From positions 62,001-117,752 of the IMG/VR virus record IMGVR_UViG_3300028028_000007: a DNA stretch of 55,752 bases; one strand, given 5' to 3'. Positions 36,226 through 43,881 of the stretch are shown here, one piece after another. The notes below the pieces were generated by a model. The model saw only the letters and a program-made list of their open reading frames with translations, was not told the origin of the DNA and ran no database searches. A program made the position numbers and the translations under genes. The first letter of the stretch is position 1; the number at the start of each line of letters is the position of its first letter. Source of the stretch: an uncultured virus (IMG/VR IMGVR_UViG_3300028028_000007) (taxonomy: Duplodnaviria; Heunggongvirae; Uroviricota; Caudoviricetes).

Positions 36226-36565
36226 CGTTCTGCACTGGTGCCGCAGCGTCCCTGACGAGACGGGCCAAGGTGACGCCAACCGGGCGTACTTCGAGTGCGG
36301 CGCCGAGTTAGGCGGTGGCACGGGCAACATCCCTGACGTGACGTGCCCGCGGTGCATCGAGCTGATCAAGCACCCGCGCGTCGTGTTCGACCGCCCGAAG
36401 TTCTGCGAGGACTGCCTGTTGGCAAGCTGGACGGATCAAGAGCCCATGGGCGTCATCTGCAATCACCCGCACGCGCCTGCGCTGCCGACCAGGCTACACG
36501 GTGGTGAGCGCCCCGACGACTGTCCGCTGCCACCGCGGTGGTACATCGCGGCTCTGGGGTTCTGA
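36218..36565 (+). CDS. Cys-rich putative metal-binding protein
   Basis: HWC, ECG, CPRC, CEDC, ICNH, DCP. Confidence 0.7.
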   Translation: MADVLHWCRSVPDETGQGDANRAYFECGAELGGGTGNIPDVTCPRCIELIKHPRVVFDRPKFCEDCLLASWTDQEPMGVICNHPHAPALPTRLHGGERPDDCPLPPRWYIAALGF

Positions 36566-36804
36566 TGCTTCCCTCAACCATGACTATCACTGACCAGCCC
36601 GCACCTGCCGCTTCTGCAGGCGACGTGTGGCGCCTCGTGCTCGCGGATATGGAGGAGCGTCGGCTTCTCGGCATCAAGCGGTACGGGACGCCGCTCCAGC
36701 CCCACAACGGGCGTGACGCGCTTGTAGACGCCTACCAAGAGGCGCTGGACCTCGTGGTCTACCTGCGCCAAGCCATCGAAGAACGAACCCAGGAGACACC
36801 GTGA
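36565..36804 (+). CDS. Small phage protein, possibly all-alpha NTP pyrophosphatase-like
   Basis: R..LGIKRYGTPL...DAYQEALDLVVYL pattern, which I recognise from small phage proteins; TGATG coupling. Confidence 0.6.
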   Translation: MLPSTMTITDQPAPAASAGDVWRLVLADMEERRLLGIKRYGTPLQPHNGRDALVDAYQEALDLVVYLRQAIEERTQETP

Positions 36805-37724
36805 TCTTCTACCGACCCACCTTCTCCGGCGACTTCCGCCTGGAGCCCGACCCCGACGACCCGAAACGCTGCCGCCTGGTGGCGCACGACCCGACGCCCG
36901 CCGAGCGCGAAAAGCTGAGCGCCGTGGTCATCGAGGCTCGCAAGCGCGGGTGGATCGGCGACGAAGGCGGCATCGGCGACGGGGACACCACACTGGTGCT
37001 GCGCGCTTCGGTCACGACCGTCGGCACCCACCTGTTCCGCCCCGGTGGCCTGTTCGCACCGGGCGTGTCGCTCACCGTCGCGTCCGAAGGCGGGCGCGTG
37101 GTCGCCACCTGGGACAATGCCGCGCCCGACGCACCGCAGCTTCCGGTGGTTGCGGAGCGTGCAGACGCCGCGGTCACCGTGGACAAGCCCCATCGCGGCG
37201 GGGGCGGGGGCGACTGCCCCGAGAGCCTGGCGAGCGAGGTGCTGCGCGCCTTCTCCACGCCCGCCCAGTGGGCCGAGTGGGAGCGCACCAACGGCACCAT
37301 GACGGTGCATGGTGGGCACACCGGCCGGCGCTACCGGCTGGCGCACCGCAAGACCCAGGTGCGAAAGGGCACGCAGCCAACCGTCGCCGTGGGCCTCGAT
37401 GACGGCAACACCTGGCACTGGCGCCACCACGACTACGCCGGGCCGGCGCCTGTCTGGGCCTTTGATTTCCTGATCCCCCCACCCGAGGAGGTGCTGGCGC
37501 TGAAGTTGACCCTGGAGCACCGCGAGCACTGGCTGCGCAACGCCGCCACCATGCCCGATGCGACGCACGACCTGTTCGCCGACCCGTTCCCCGGCGACGT
37601 GGACGCCACCGAGGCCGAGCTGCGCCTGCTGCGCATTGCCGAGGAAGGCGCGCGGGGTGCCCTTGTGGGCGCGCTGGTGGGAAGCATGATGGGGGGCCCC
37701 CGTGGTGAGGCACCGCATGGCTAA
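36801..37724 (+). CDS. Hypothetical protein
   Basis: 307 aa, GTGA-coupled, AGGAG RBS. Confidence 0.75.
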   Translation: MIFYRPTFSGDFRLEPDPDDPKRCRLVAHDPTPAEREKLSAVVIEARKRGWIGDEGGIGDGDTTLVLRASVTTVGTHLFRPGGLFAPGVSLTVASEGGRVVATWDNAAPDAPQLPVVAERADAAVTVDKPHRGGGGGDCPESLASEVLRAFSTPAQWAEWERTNGTMTVHGGHTGRRYRLAHRKTQVRKGTQPTVAVGLDDGNTWHWRHHDYAGPAPVWAFDFLIPPPEEVLALKLTLEHREHWLRNAATMPDATHDLFADPFPGDVDATEAELRLLRIAEEGARGALVGALVGSMMGGPRGEAPHG

Positions 37725-38679
37725 GACCCAGGTGGTGAACATCCGGCGGCATGAGGCCTTTGACATCTACATCGGTCGGGCTTCATCATGCCCTGCTGGG
37801 TTCAGCGGGCTGGGGTCGGACGGGCGCTTCGGCAACCCGATCCTCCCAGGCGTCCAGTGCGGAGTCTGCCGCAAGGTCCATCAGGGGCCGTTGGACACCC
37901 TGGAGTGCTTCAAGTCGTACCTGATGGGCCGGCTGGTGGTGGATGAGGCCTTTCGGTATGATGTGCAGAGCATGAAGGGCAAGCGCCTGGGCTGCTTCTG
38001 CTCTCCAGCACCTTGTCATGGTGACTCTTATGTGTCCTGGCTGGAAGAGGGCGGCTGGCTTCTGAACGGGCTGGTGCAGTCTCGCGAGATTCGGCTCAAG
38101 AGCCTGGCAGCGCGCCTCTCTGGGGAGCCCCCCCCTGCTGATGCTGTTGCGCTCCAGTCTGGTCGTGACCTGCTGCGGGCGAGGTTCTCAGCTTGCCATG
38201 TCGTCGCGGTCACAGGACACCGGCCGGACAAGCTGGGAGGGCGCAAGGCCGAAGTCCTACATGAGCTACGTGGGCACCTGGTTCGGCTCAAGCTGCAGTA
38301 CGGGAAGGTGCTGCTGATCACGGGCATGGCCTTGGGGGTCGACCAGTGGGCGGCGGAAGCCGCATCATGTCTTGACATCCCCTTTGTGGCGGCCGTGCCC
38401 TTCGCGGGTCAGGAGAAGTGCTGGCCTGATGTAGACCAGGTTGCCTGGCTGGACCTGCTCCACAAGGCCGCTGCTGTAGTCGTGACGGCTCAAGGAGTCG
38501 AGCCCAGCAACTACAGGGAAGCAGCCGAGGCGTACCAGAGGAGAAATACCTGGATGGTCGAACATGCCGACGAGGTGCTAGCGGTATGGGATGGCTCGAA
38601 GGGTGGAACAGCTCATGCTGTTTCAGAAGCGCGAAGACTCCATGTGCCGATCATAGAGGTGCTCTCCTTGACGGCATAA
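37717..38679 (+). CDS. DUF4326 domain fused to YspA-like SLOG domain
   Basis: N-terminal DIYIGR, FGNP, GKRLGCFCSPAPCHGD; C-terminal VAVTGHRP, TGMALGVDQWAA, RRNTWMV, AVWDGSKGGT. Confidence 0.85.
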   Translation: MAKTQVVNIRRHEAFDIYIGRASSCPAGFSGLGSDGRFGNPILPGVQCGVCRKVHQGPLDTLECFKSYLMGRLVVDEAFRYDVQSMKGKRLGCFCSPAPCHGDSYVSWLEEGGWLLNGLVQSREIRLKSLAARLSGEPPPADAVALQSGRDLLRARFSACHVVAVTGHRPDKLGGRKAEVLHELRGHLVRLKLQYGKVLLITGMALGVDQWAAEAASCLDIPFVAAVPFAGQEKCWPDVDQVAWLDLLHKAAAVVVTAQGVEPSNYREAAEAYQRRNTWMVEHADEVLAVWDGSKGGTAHAVSEARRLHVPIIEVLSLTA

Positions 38680-38696
38680 GAATGACCGGGTAGAGT
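38668..38696 (+). promoter_or_regulatory. Putative promoter TTGACG-N17-TAGAGT for the replication operon
   Basis: Good consensus immediately upstream of the ATPase-SSB-polymerase genes. Confidence 0.6.
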
Positions 38697-38730
38697 GACT
38701 GTACTGTGCGAGTGCGGAGGTGCAGAGACC

Positions 38731-39681
38731 ATGGCAACAACCCCGACGACAGGTGGAGGCGCCCAGCGCGTCTACCTGGACATCCCGGCTGCCGTTCTGA
38801 TCTACGGTCGCCCCAAGCGGGGGAAGACCACGGACACGCTCTATGCGTTCCCGCGGGGGATCTTCTTCGGCGACCCCGGCAACTTCAAGTCTGCCGTGAG
38901 CGTGGTCGGCGTGGAGCCGGCCGAGGTGATCTTCACGGGGCCGGGATCGGCCGCTGAGGATCTCGACGCTGTAGCAGCGTACCTGGACAAGTACCTGGTC
39001 GGGAAGTCTCACCCGTTCGACGCCGTAGTCCTCGATGATGCTTCAGTGCAGGCTGCCAGGACCAAGGAGCGGCTGGCGCGGAGGTTCGATGGCTGGACGT
39101 TGTGGGGAAAGGTCGAAGCCAGCCTGCAGGGCGTGATCGACCGGGGACGGCAGGTGAAGTGCCACACGGTGTTCAACATGCACGAGCTGCCCAAGGACGT
39201 GGAGGATTCCGTCCCCATCGGCTGCCCCATGCTGCCCTCACGTCGTATCTCGGCGAACACGCCCGCTTACATGGACCTGGTGATCCGGGCCTACAACGAG
39301 CCCATGAGGTCCCCCGTCCCCCTGGCCTACTACAACGCGATCCAGGACGACTGGTGCGTGGGCGACCGCCATCACATCTGCTGGGAGAACACCCCGATGA
39401 ACCTCGGGGAGATCCTGCGGGCCGCCAAGTACAAGCTCAACCGCCCCAAGGGGCTAGAGTGGCAAGAGGCCTTGATCGAGGGTGGTGCCGTCACCATCAT
39501 GGCAGGAAAGGACAAGACGGCTGTTGTCAAGCGGATCTGGGATGTCTGCACGGAGCGAGGCTGCCAGCCACAGCACGCAGCATGGGCAGTCCGTGACGCT
39601 TGCGACCGAGCCGAGATCAGGACGCATCAGGCTGACTGGTTCCGCAAGGCCTACCTGGAGGGCGGCGCCAGCCCCTTCTAG
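38731..39681 (+). CDS. AAA_24 / Sak4-like phage P-loop NTPase
   Basis: LIYGRPKRGKTT, VVLDDAS, VFNMHE, YMDLVIR; located next to an SSB-like gene as is typical for Sak4. Confidence 0.75.
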   Translation: MATTPTTGGGAQRVYLDIPAAVLIYGRPKRGKTTDTLYAFPRGIFFGDPGNFKSAVSVVGVEPAEVIFTGPGSAAEDLDAVAAYLDKYLVGKSHPFDAVVLDDASVQAARTKERLARRFDGWTLWGKVEASLQGVIDRGRQVKCHTVFNMHELPKDVEDSVPIGCPMLPSRRISANTPAYMDLVIRAYNEPMRSPVPLAYYNAIQDDWCVGDRHHICWENTPMNLGEILRAAKYKLNRPKGLEWQEALIEGGAVTIMAGKDKTAVVKRIWDVCTERGCQPQHAAWAVRDACDRAEIRTHQADWFRKAYLEGGASPF

Positions 39682-39771
39682 CCTACATCTTCCGTCTCCC
39701 CCTCGCGCGGTGGGGGGTGCGCGTGACTGTCAAGTTCTGCCGCGACAACACGAGAAGTGAGGAAACGAACC

Positions 39772-40440
39772 ATGAGGCATCAGTTCAACCTTCAAGGGGC
39801 CACCCCCCTTGGTCTCCCCGCCCCCGAGGGCGTGTTCATGTGCCGCATCACCAACCGCACCGACGGCAAGACTGCCGAGAAGGACCGCGAGGGCAAGGAC
39901 AAGCTCTCGTGGGACTGCATGAACATGGTGCTCAGCATCGACCCGTCGGAGAAGGTCGCGGGGCGCTTCAAGACCACCGTCGTCTACCCCAACGACAAGA
40001 ACGACGCCAAGGGCTTCTGGCGCGACAACTGGGCCACCCTCTTCATGTCCGCCACCGGCAAGCCCCTGGAGGCGTTCACCGGCCCGGCCGGGTTCAACGT
40101 CGACCCCGTGACCATGCCCCAGCTCGCCAACGGCGTCGTGTACATCAGCAACCTGATCGAGGGCAAGAGCGACCGGCCCAACAGCCGGATGATCTCCAAG
40201 GACGCCTACCTCGACCACAAGAACGCCGAGAAGGCCACCGGCGGTGGCGCGCACGACGCCATGGGCGGCGCCAAGGTCACCCAGCCCCCGACTCAGGGGC
40301 AGGTGGCCCAGCAGGTGACCCAGCCGGCTCAGCAGCAGGTGACCCAGCCGGCCCAGCAGCAGCAGGTGACCCAGCCGGCCGGTGACGTGTTCTCCGGCGG
40401 TGGTGGCGACGGCATCCCTGACGTGTTCGGGGCGCTGTAG
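39772..40440 (+). CDS. Putative single-stranded DNA-binding protein (DUF669-like)
   Basis: PAPEGVFMCRI start, beta-rich core, QVTQP x4 linker, acidic-aromatic tail DGIPDVF; lies between the Sak4-like ATPase and the polymerase; high codon bias. Confidence 0.6.
   Translation: MRHQFNLQGATPLGLPAPEGVFMCRITNRTDGKTAEKDREGKDKLSWDCMNMVLSIDPSEKVAGRFKTTVVYPNDKNDAKGFWRDNWATLFMSATGKPLEAFTGPAGFNVDPVTMPQLANGVVYISNLIEGKSDRPNSRMISKDAYLDHKNAEKATGGGAHDAMGGAKVTQPPTQGQVAQQVTQPAQQQVTQPAQQQQVTQPAGDVFSGGGGDGIPDVFGAL
40276..40380 (+). repeat. Coding repeat (Q)VTQP x4
   Basis: caggtgacccagccggc-type units. Confidence 0.8.
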
Positions 40441-40442
40441 TC

Positions 40443-43319
40443 GTGGACCCTCGTGACCTCGGGTGCCGGTGCGACGAGTGCCCGCTGGGCCGCCATCATC
40501 GGCGCCTGGCGACCTGGGCGCCCGTGCTACCCGAGGTCAACGCAGGGGCGAAGTACGCCATCATTGCAGAGGCACCAGGTAAGACAGAGGTGATCAAGGG
40601 TGTGCCCTTGATCGGGGAGTCTGGCAAGCTGACGATGCGCTACCTGGAGGAGGCCGCCGGGTTGTGCCGTGAGGACGTGGTGCTGGACAACGCGCTACTC
40701 TGCTGGCCCCCTGGGGATGACCTGGACGCCTTCATGGGCCAGTACGTCCGTCAGGTCAACAGGCGTGTGAAGAAGGAGATCGAGCGGTGCAAGAAGGCTG
40801 ATGAGCCGTCGAAGCTCCACATGATCCCGTCCCCTGTGGAGTGCTGTAGGCCTCACATCGTTCGGCGGTTGAGGCACAACCCGGGTGAGCCGTACACGCC
40901 GAACGCCTTGCTGCTGGGTGCTATCTCCTATGAGAGCGTGGTGGGCAGGAGGAAGGCGATCCGAGACGTGCGGGGGTCCTTCATCGAGCTTTGGCACATC
41001 GGAGCCGCGATCCTCCAGACGCCCGACGTGGAAGGATGGACTCCCCCACGAGGGGCTGCCCGTCTGCAGGTGACACCCACCTACCACCCAGCCTTCGTCA
41101 TGCGAGAGGGCAACTGGGACTGGGCTGTCCACCGGGATTTCGAGAGGTTCTTCGGCTGGGTCCGGGGGGACCTGGAGTGGGTGCCCCCGAAGCTCTACCA
41201 CTACAAGCCCAGCCCAGCCCAGCTGGAGGCTTTCCTCTACGGGCCAGAATCCCCCAGGTGGTTCGGGGTGGACACCGAAACCACGATGCCCGACCGGGGT
41301 GTGAAGCCCAAGCTCCGCACCATCCAGATTGCCCATCAAGATGGCGGGGTTGTGATCCCGTTCCTCTCCGTGCGGGGCGATGTGACCTTCGTGCCCCTGC
41401 GGGATGGCCATGGCCGGTCGAGCTACTACAACCAGGAGGATGGCAACGCCATCGTGGCCCTCCTGCGGCGATTCCTGCGGGACGCAGGTAGGGGGAAGGT
41501 CGGCCACAACTTCGGCTACTTCGACATCCCGGTGCTCGCGGACGCCTTGGGGATGTCCGAGGATGACATCGTGGCCTACCAGGACACGGTGCTGCACTTC
41601 CGGGCGGCTCACACGGGGCTCAACCGGAAGTTCTACACGCTGGGCACGCTCTACACGAACGTGAAGGACTGGAAGAACGCCAGCGGCTCAGACCGGCAGA
41701 TCGCGGTCAAGCCCCGGTCTGACATGGAGCTGGCCACTTATGGCAACACGGACTCCACGGTGAACGCCAGGGTGTTCCCACCGCTGCTCCAGCGCGTCCG
41801 TGACCGGGGGCAGGTCGAGGTGGTCCAGCTCGACCACAGCACGCAGAAAGTCTGCCGCGAGATGCACGCCCTGGGGTTCTTCGTGGACCAGAAGAAGCGG
41901 GCAGAGATGGAGAAGGAGTGCTCCACCAGGTATGCCGAGTGCATCACTGAGATGCAGAAGATCCTGAGGCGACCTGCGTTCAACCCACGCTCGCGCAACC
42001 AGCTCCTCGATCTGGTGTACGACGAGTGGAAGCTGCCGGTTCTGGTGGTGACCGAAACCATGGAGCCGGCGGTGGACGACAACGCGATCCGCAAGTTCAT
42101 GGCCGACCCCAGCTGCGACCCAGACCAGAAGCGGGTGTTTGAGCTGATCCGGGAGAGCCGGGGGCTGGACAAGCGGAGCGGGACCTACCTGGGGCCTGCA
42201 CGGCTCTGTACTGACCTTCGCCTGGCTTCGGATGGGAAGACCAAGATCGGTGGGCGGACCTGGCCAGATGGCCGGTTGAGACCGCACTATAATAGCCACA
42301 CCCCTAGCACCGGGCGCATCAGCTCCAGCGACCCCAACGGGCAAAACTGGAACGGCGACGACAAGGTGATCCTCGTTGCCGAGTACGGCTATGCCGATGA
42401 GCATGTCTACGTCGGGGCGGACTTCGACCAGATCGAGCTGCGCCTCATGGTCGCAGCAGCGGGGATCAAGTCGTACTGGCGCGTGTTCGAGCTTGGGGGT
42501 GACCCCCATGGCATGACGGCGCTGATCGTCTATGGCGACATCTTCCGTCAAGCCCTTCTTGCCTGTTTGACCCCAGCACAGCAGGTCGCGTTCAACCGGA
42601 CGGGAGTCCCGGTGAAGGTGGAGGAGTGGCCCGAGCAGCAAATCGCACGGCTGGAGGCCAGGCTTGAGACTAGGCAGGATGAGCGTGGAACCCCCTTGTC
42701 CTCGACGGACCTGGTTGTGGATGAGCATGTCCTGAAGGACTTGAAGCGGAGCTACAAGCTCTACAAGAGCCTGCGGAAGTTTGCCAAGAGCTTCGTGTAC
42801 CTGGTGATCTACGGGGGCTCGCCCAAGACCGCCTGGGAGAACCTGTCAGCGGCTGAGGATGACAAGGGCAGGCTGGTCTTCCCCAACCTCCCGTTCGAGG
42901 AGGTCGAGGCTGCTCACGCCACATGGCTGGAGGGAGTCCCGGAGATTCAGCCGTACTGGGGTGCCTTGGTGGCTTTCGCCACCCAGAACGGCTATATCGC
43001 CGAGCCAGTCATGGGGCGCATCCGTGATTTCCCGGTGATCGATGACCCCAACAAGGTCTACAACATGCCCATCCAGGGGGGTGCCGGGATCATCATGGCA
43101 CGCGGGCTCAAGGCGCTTCGGGCCCGCATCCGGCCAGGGCAGTACGGGAAGAGCACCGGGATCGTCAACCAGTGCCATGACGCCATCGTGGTGGAGTGCC
43201 CGAAGTCAGCCGCGGAAGAGGTCAAGCAGCACATGACGCAGAGCATGGAAACCGAATGGAATGGCATGAGGTTCCCAGCAACCCCGAAGGTGGGGCGGGA
43301 CTGGAAGGAGGCAGCATGA
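40443..43319 (+). CDS. Family A DNA polymerase with N-terminal uracil-DNA glycosylase (family 4-like) and 3'-5' exonuclease domains
   Basis: UDG: CDECPL, AEAPG, GESG, NALLC, TYHPA. Exonuclease: VDTET, GHNFGYFD, YGNTD. Polymerase: TGRISSSDPNGQN, ADFDQIELR, RKFAKSFVYLVIYG, CHDAIV. Confidence 0.95.
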   Translation: MDPRDLGCRCDECPLGRHHRRLATWAPVLPEVNAGAKYAIIAEAPGKTEVIKGVPLIGESGKLTMRYLEEAAGLCREDVVLDNALLCWPPGDDLDAFMGQYVRQVNRRVKKEIERCKKADEPSKLHMIPSPVECCRPHIVRRLRHNPGEPYTPNALLLGAISYESVVGRRKAIRDVRGSFIELWHIGAAILQTPDVEGWTPPRGAARLQVTPTYHPAFVMREGNWDWAVHRDFERFFGWVRGDLEWVPPKLYHYKPSPAQLEAFLYGPESPRWFGVDTETTMPDRGVKPKLRTIQIAHQDGGVVIPFLSVRGDVTFVPLRDGHGRSSYYNQEDGNAIVALLRRFLRDAGRGKVGHNFGYFDIPVLADALGMSEDDIVAYQDTVLHFRAAHTGLNRKFYTLGTLYTNVKDWKNASGSDRQIAVKPRSDMELATYGNTDSTVNARVFPPLLQRVRDRGQVEVVQLDHSTQKVCREMHALGFFVDQKKRAEMEKECSTRYAECITEMQKILRRPAFNPRSRNQLLDLVYDEWKLPVLVVTETMEPAVDDNAIRKFMADPSCDPDQKRVFELIRESRGLDKRSGTYLGPARLCTDLRLASDGKTKIGGRTWPDGRLRPHYNSHTPSTGRISSSDPNGQNWNGDDKVILVAEYGYADEHVYVGADFDQIELRLMVAAAGIKSYWRVFELGGDPHGMTALIVYGDIFRQALLACLTPAQQVAFNRTGVPVKVEEWPEQQIARLEARLETRQDERGTPLSSTDLVVDEHVLKDLKRSYKLYKSLRKFAKSFVYLVIYGGSPKTAWENLSAAEDDKGRLVFPNLPFEEVEAAHATWLEGVPEIQPYWGALVAFATQNGYIAEPVMGRIRDFPVIDDPNKVYNMPIQGGAGIIMARGLKALRARIRPGQYGKSTGIVNQCHDAIVVECPKSAAEEVKQHMTQSMETEWNGMRFPATPKVGRDWKEAA

Positions 43320-43867
43320 AGCCGACAGGGAAAGCTGGAGTCAAGCCCCCAACGAGCCCCAGGCTGGGCGGCGTGGATGAGCTGCGCGTGTTCATGGCCC
43401 ATCCGAAGGCTTGGGATGACCAGCTGGTGGATGGTACTGCTGACCTGCTGCTGGAATACTTGCATGGTGCGGCGGTGCTGCGAGGAGCGCCAGACACCGT
43501 GATCCGTGTCGCCGCGGGAAGGGACGACTTCTTGTTCCACATGACCCCTGGGGCTGCCCGTGACCCTGACAAGGTCGACCGCTGGTGTGCTGATGTTGTG
43601 CGGAGCTACCAGTCTGTGGTGGTCCCGCTGGACGGGAAGCCCGAGGAGGAGGATAGCCGCCGGATCGGGTCGTGGACGGCGCGGATCGTGACGCTCGCGT
43701 TGGCCTCCATGATGCGCCCGACCAAGAAGCAGAGGATGGTGGTGCTGGCGTGGTGGGCTGACGTGGAGAAAGTCGAGGTCATCAAAGGTGTGCTCGTGGA
43801 GAATCTGGAAGACTCGAAGAACGGGCACTTGCTCGTGACGCGCAAGCCCGACAACCCTGAGACGTGA
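43316..43867 (+). CDS. Hypothetical protein (possible TIR / nucleoside-deoxyribosyltransferase-like alpha/beta fold)
   Basis: ATGA-coupled to the polymerase; RVFMAHP first strand and IGSWTARIV helix; the fold guess is weak. Confidence 0.65.
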   Translation: MKPTGKAGVKPPTSPRLGGVDELRVFMAHPKAWDDQLVDGTADLLLEYLHGAAVLRGAPDTVIRVAAGRDDFLFHMTPGAARDPDKVDRWCADVVRSYQSVVVPLDGKPEEEDSRRIGSWTARIVTLALASMMRPTKKQRMVVLAWWADVEKVEVIKGVLVENLEDSKNGHLLVTRKPDNPET

Positions 43868-43881
43868 GGAGGAAGAAGAAG

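Noticed and set aside
42560..42770. Possible intein in the polymerase (insert begins near CLTP)
   Set aside because: Only ~70 aa, with no terminal His-Asn followed by Cys/Ser/Thr and no splicing blocks.
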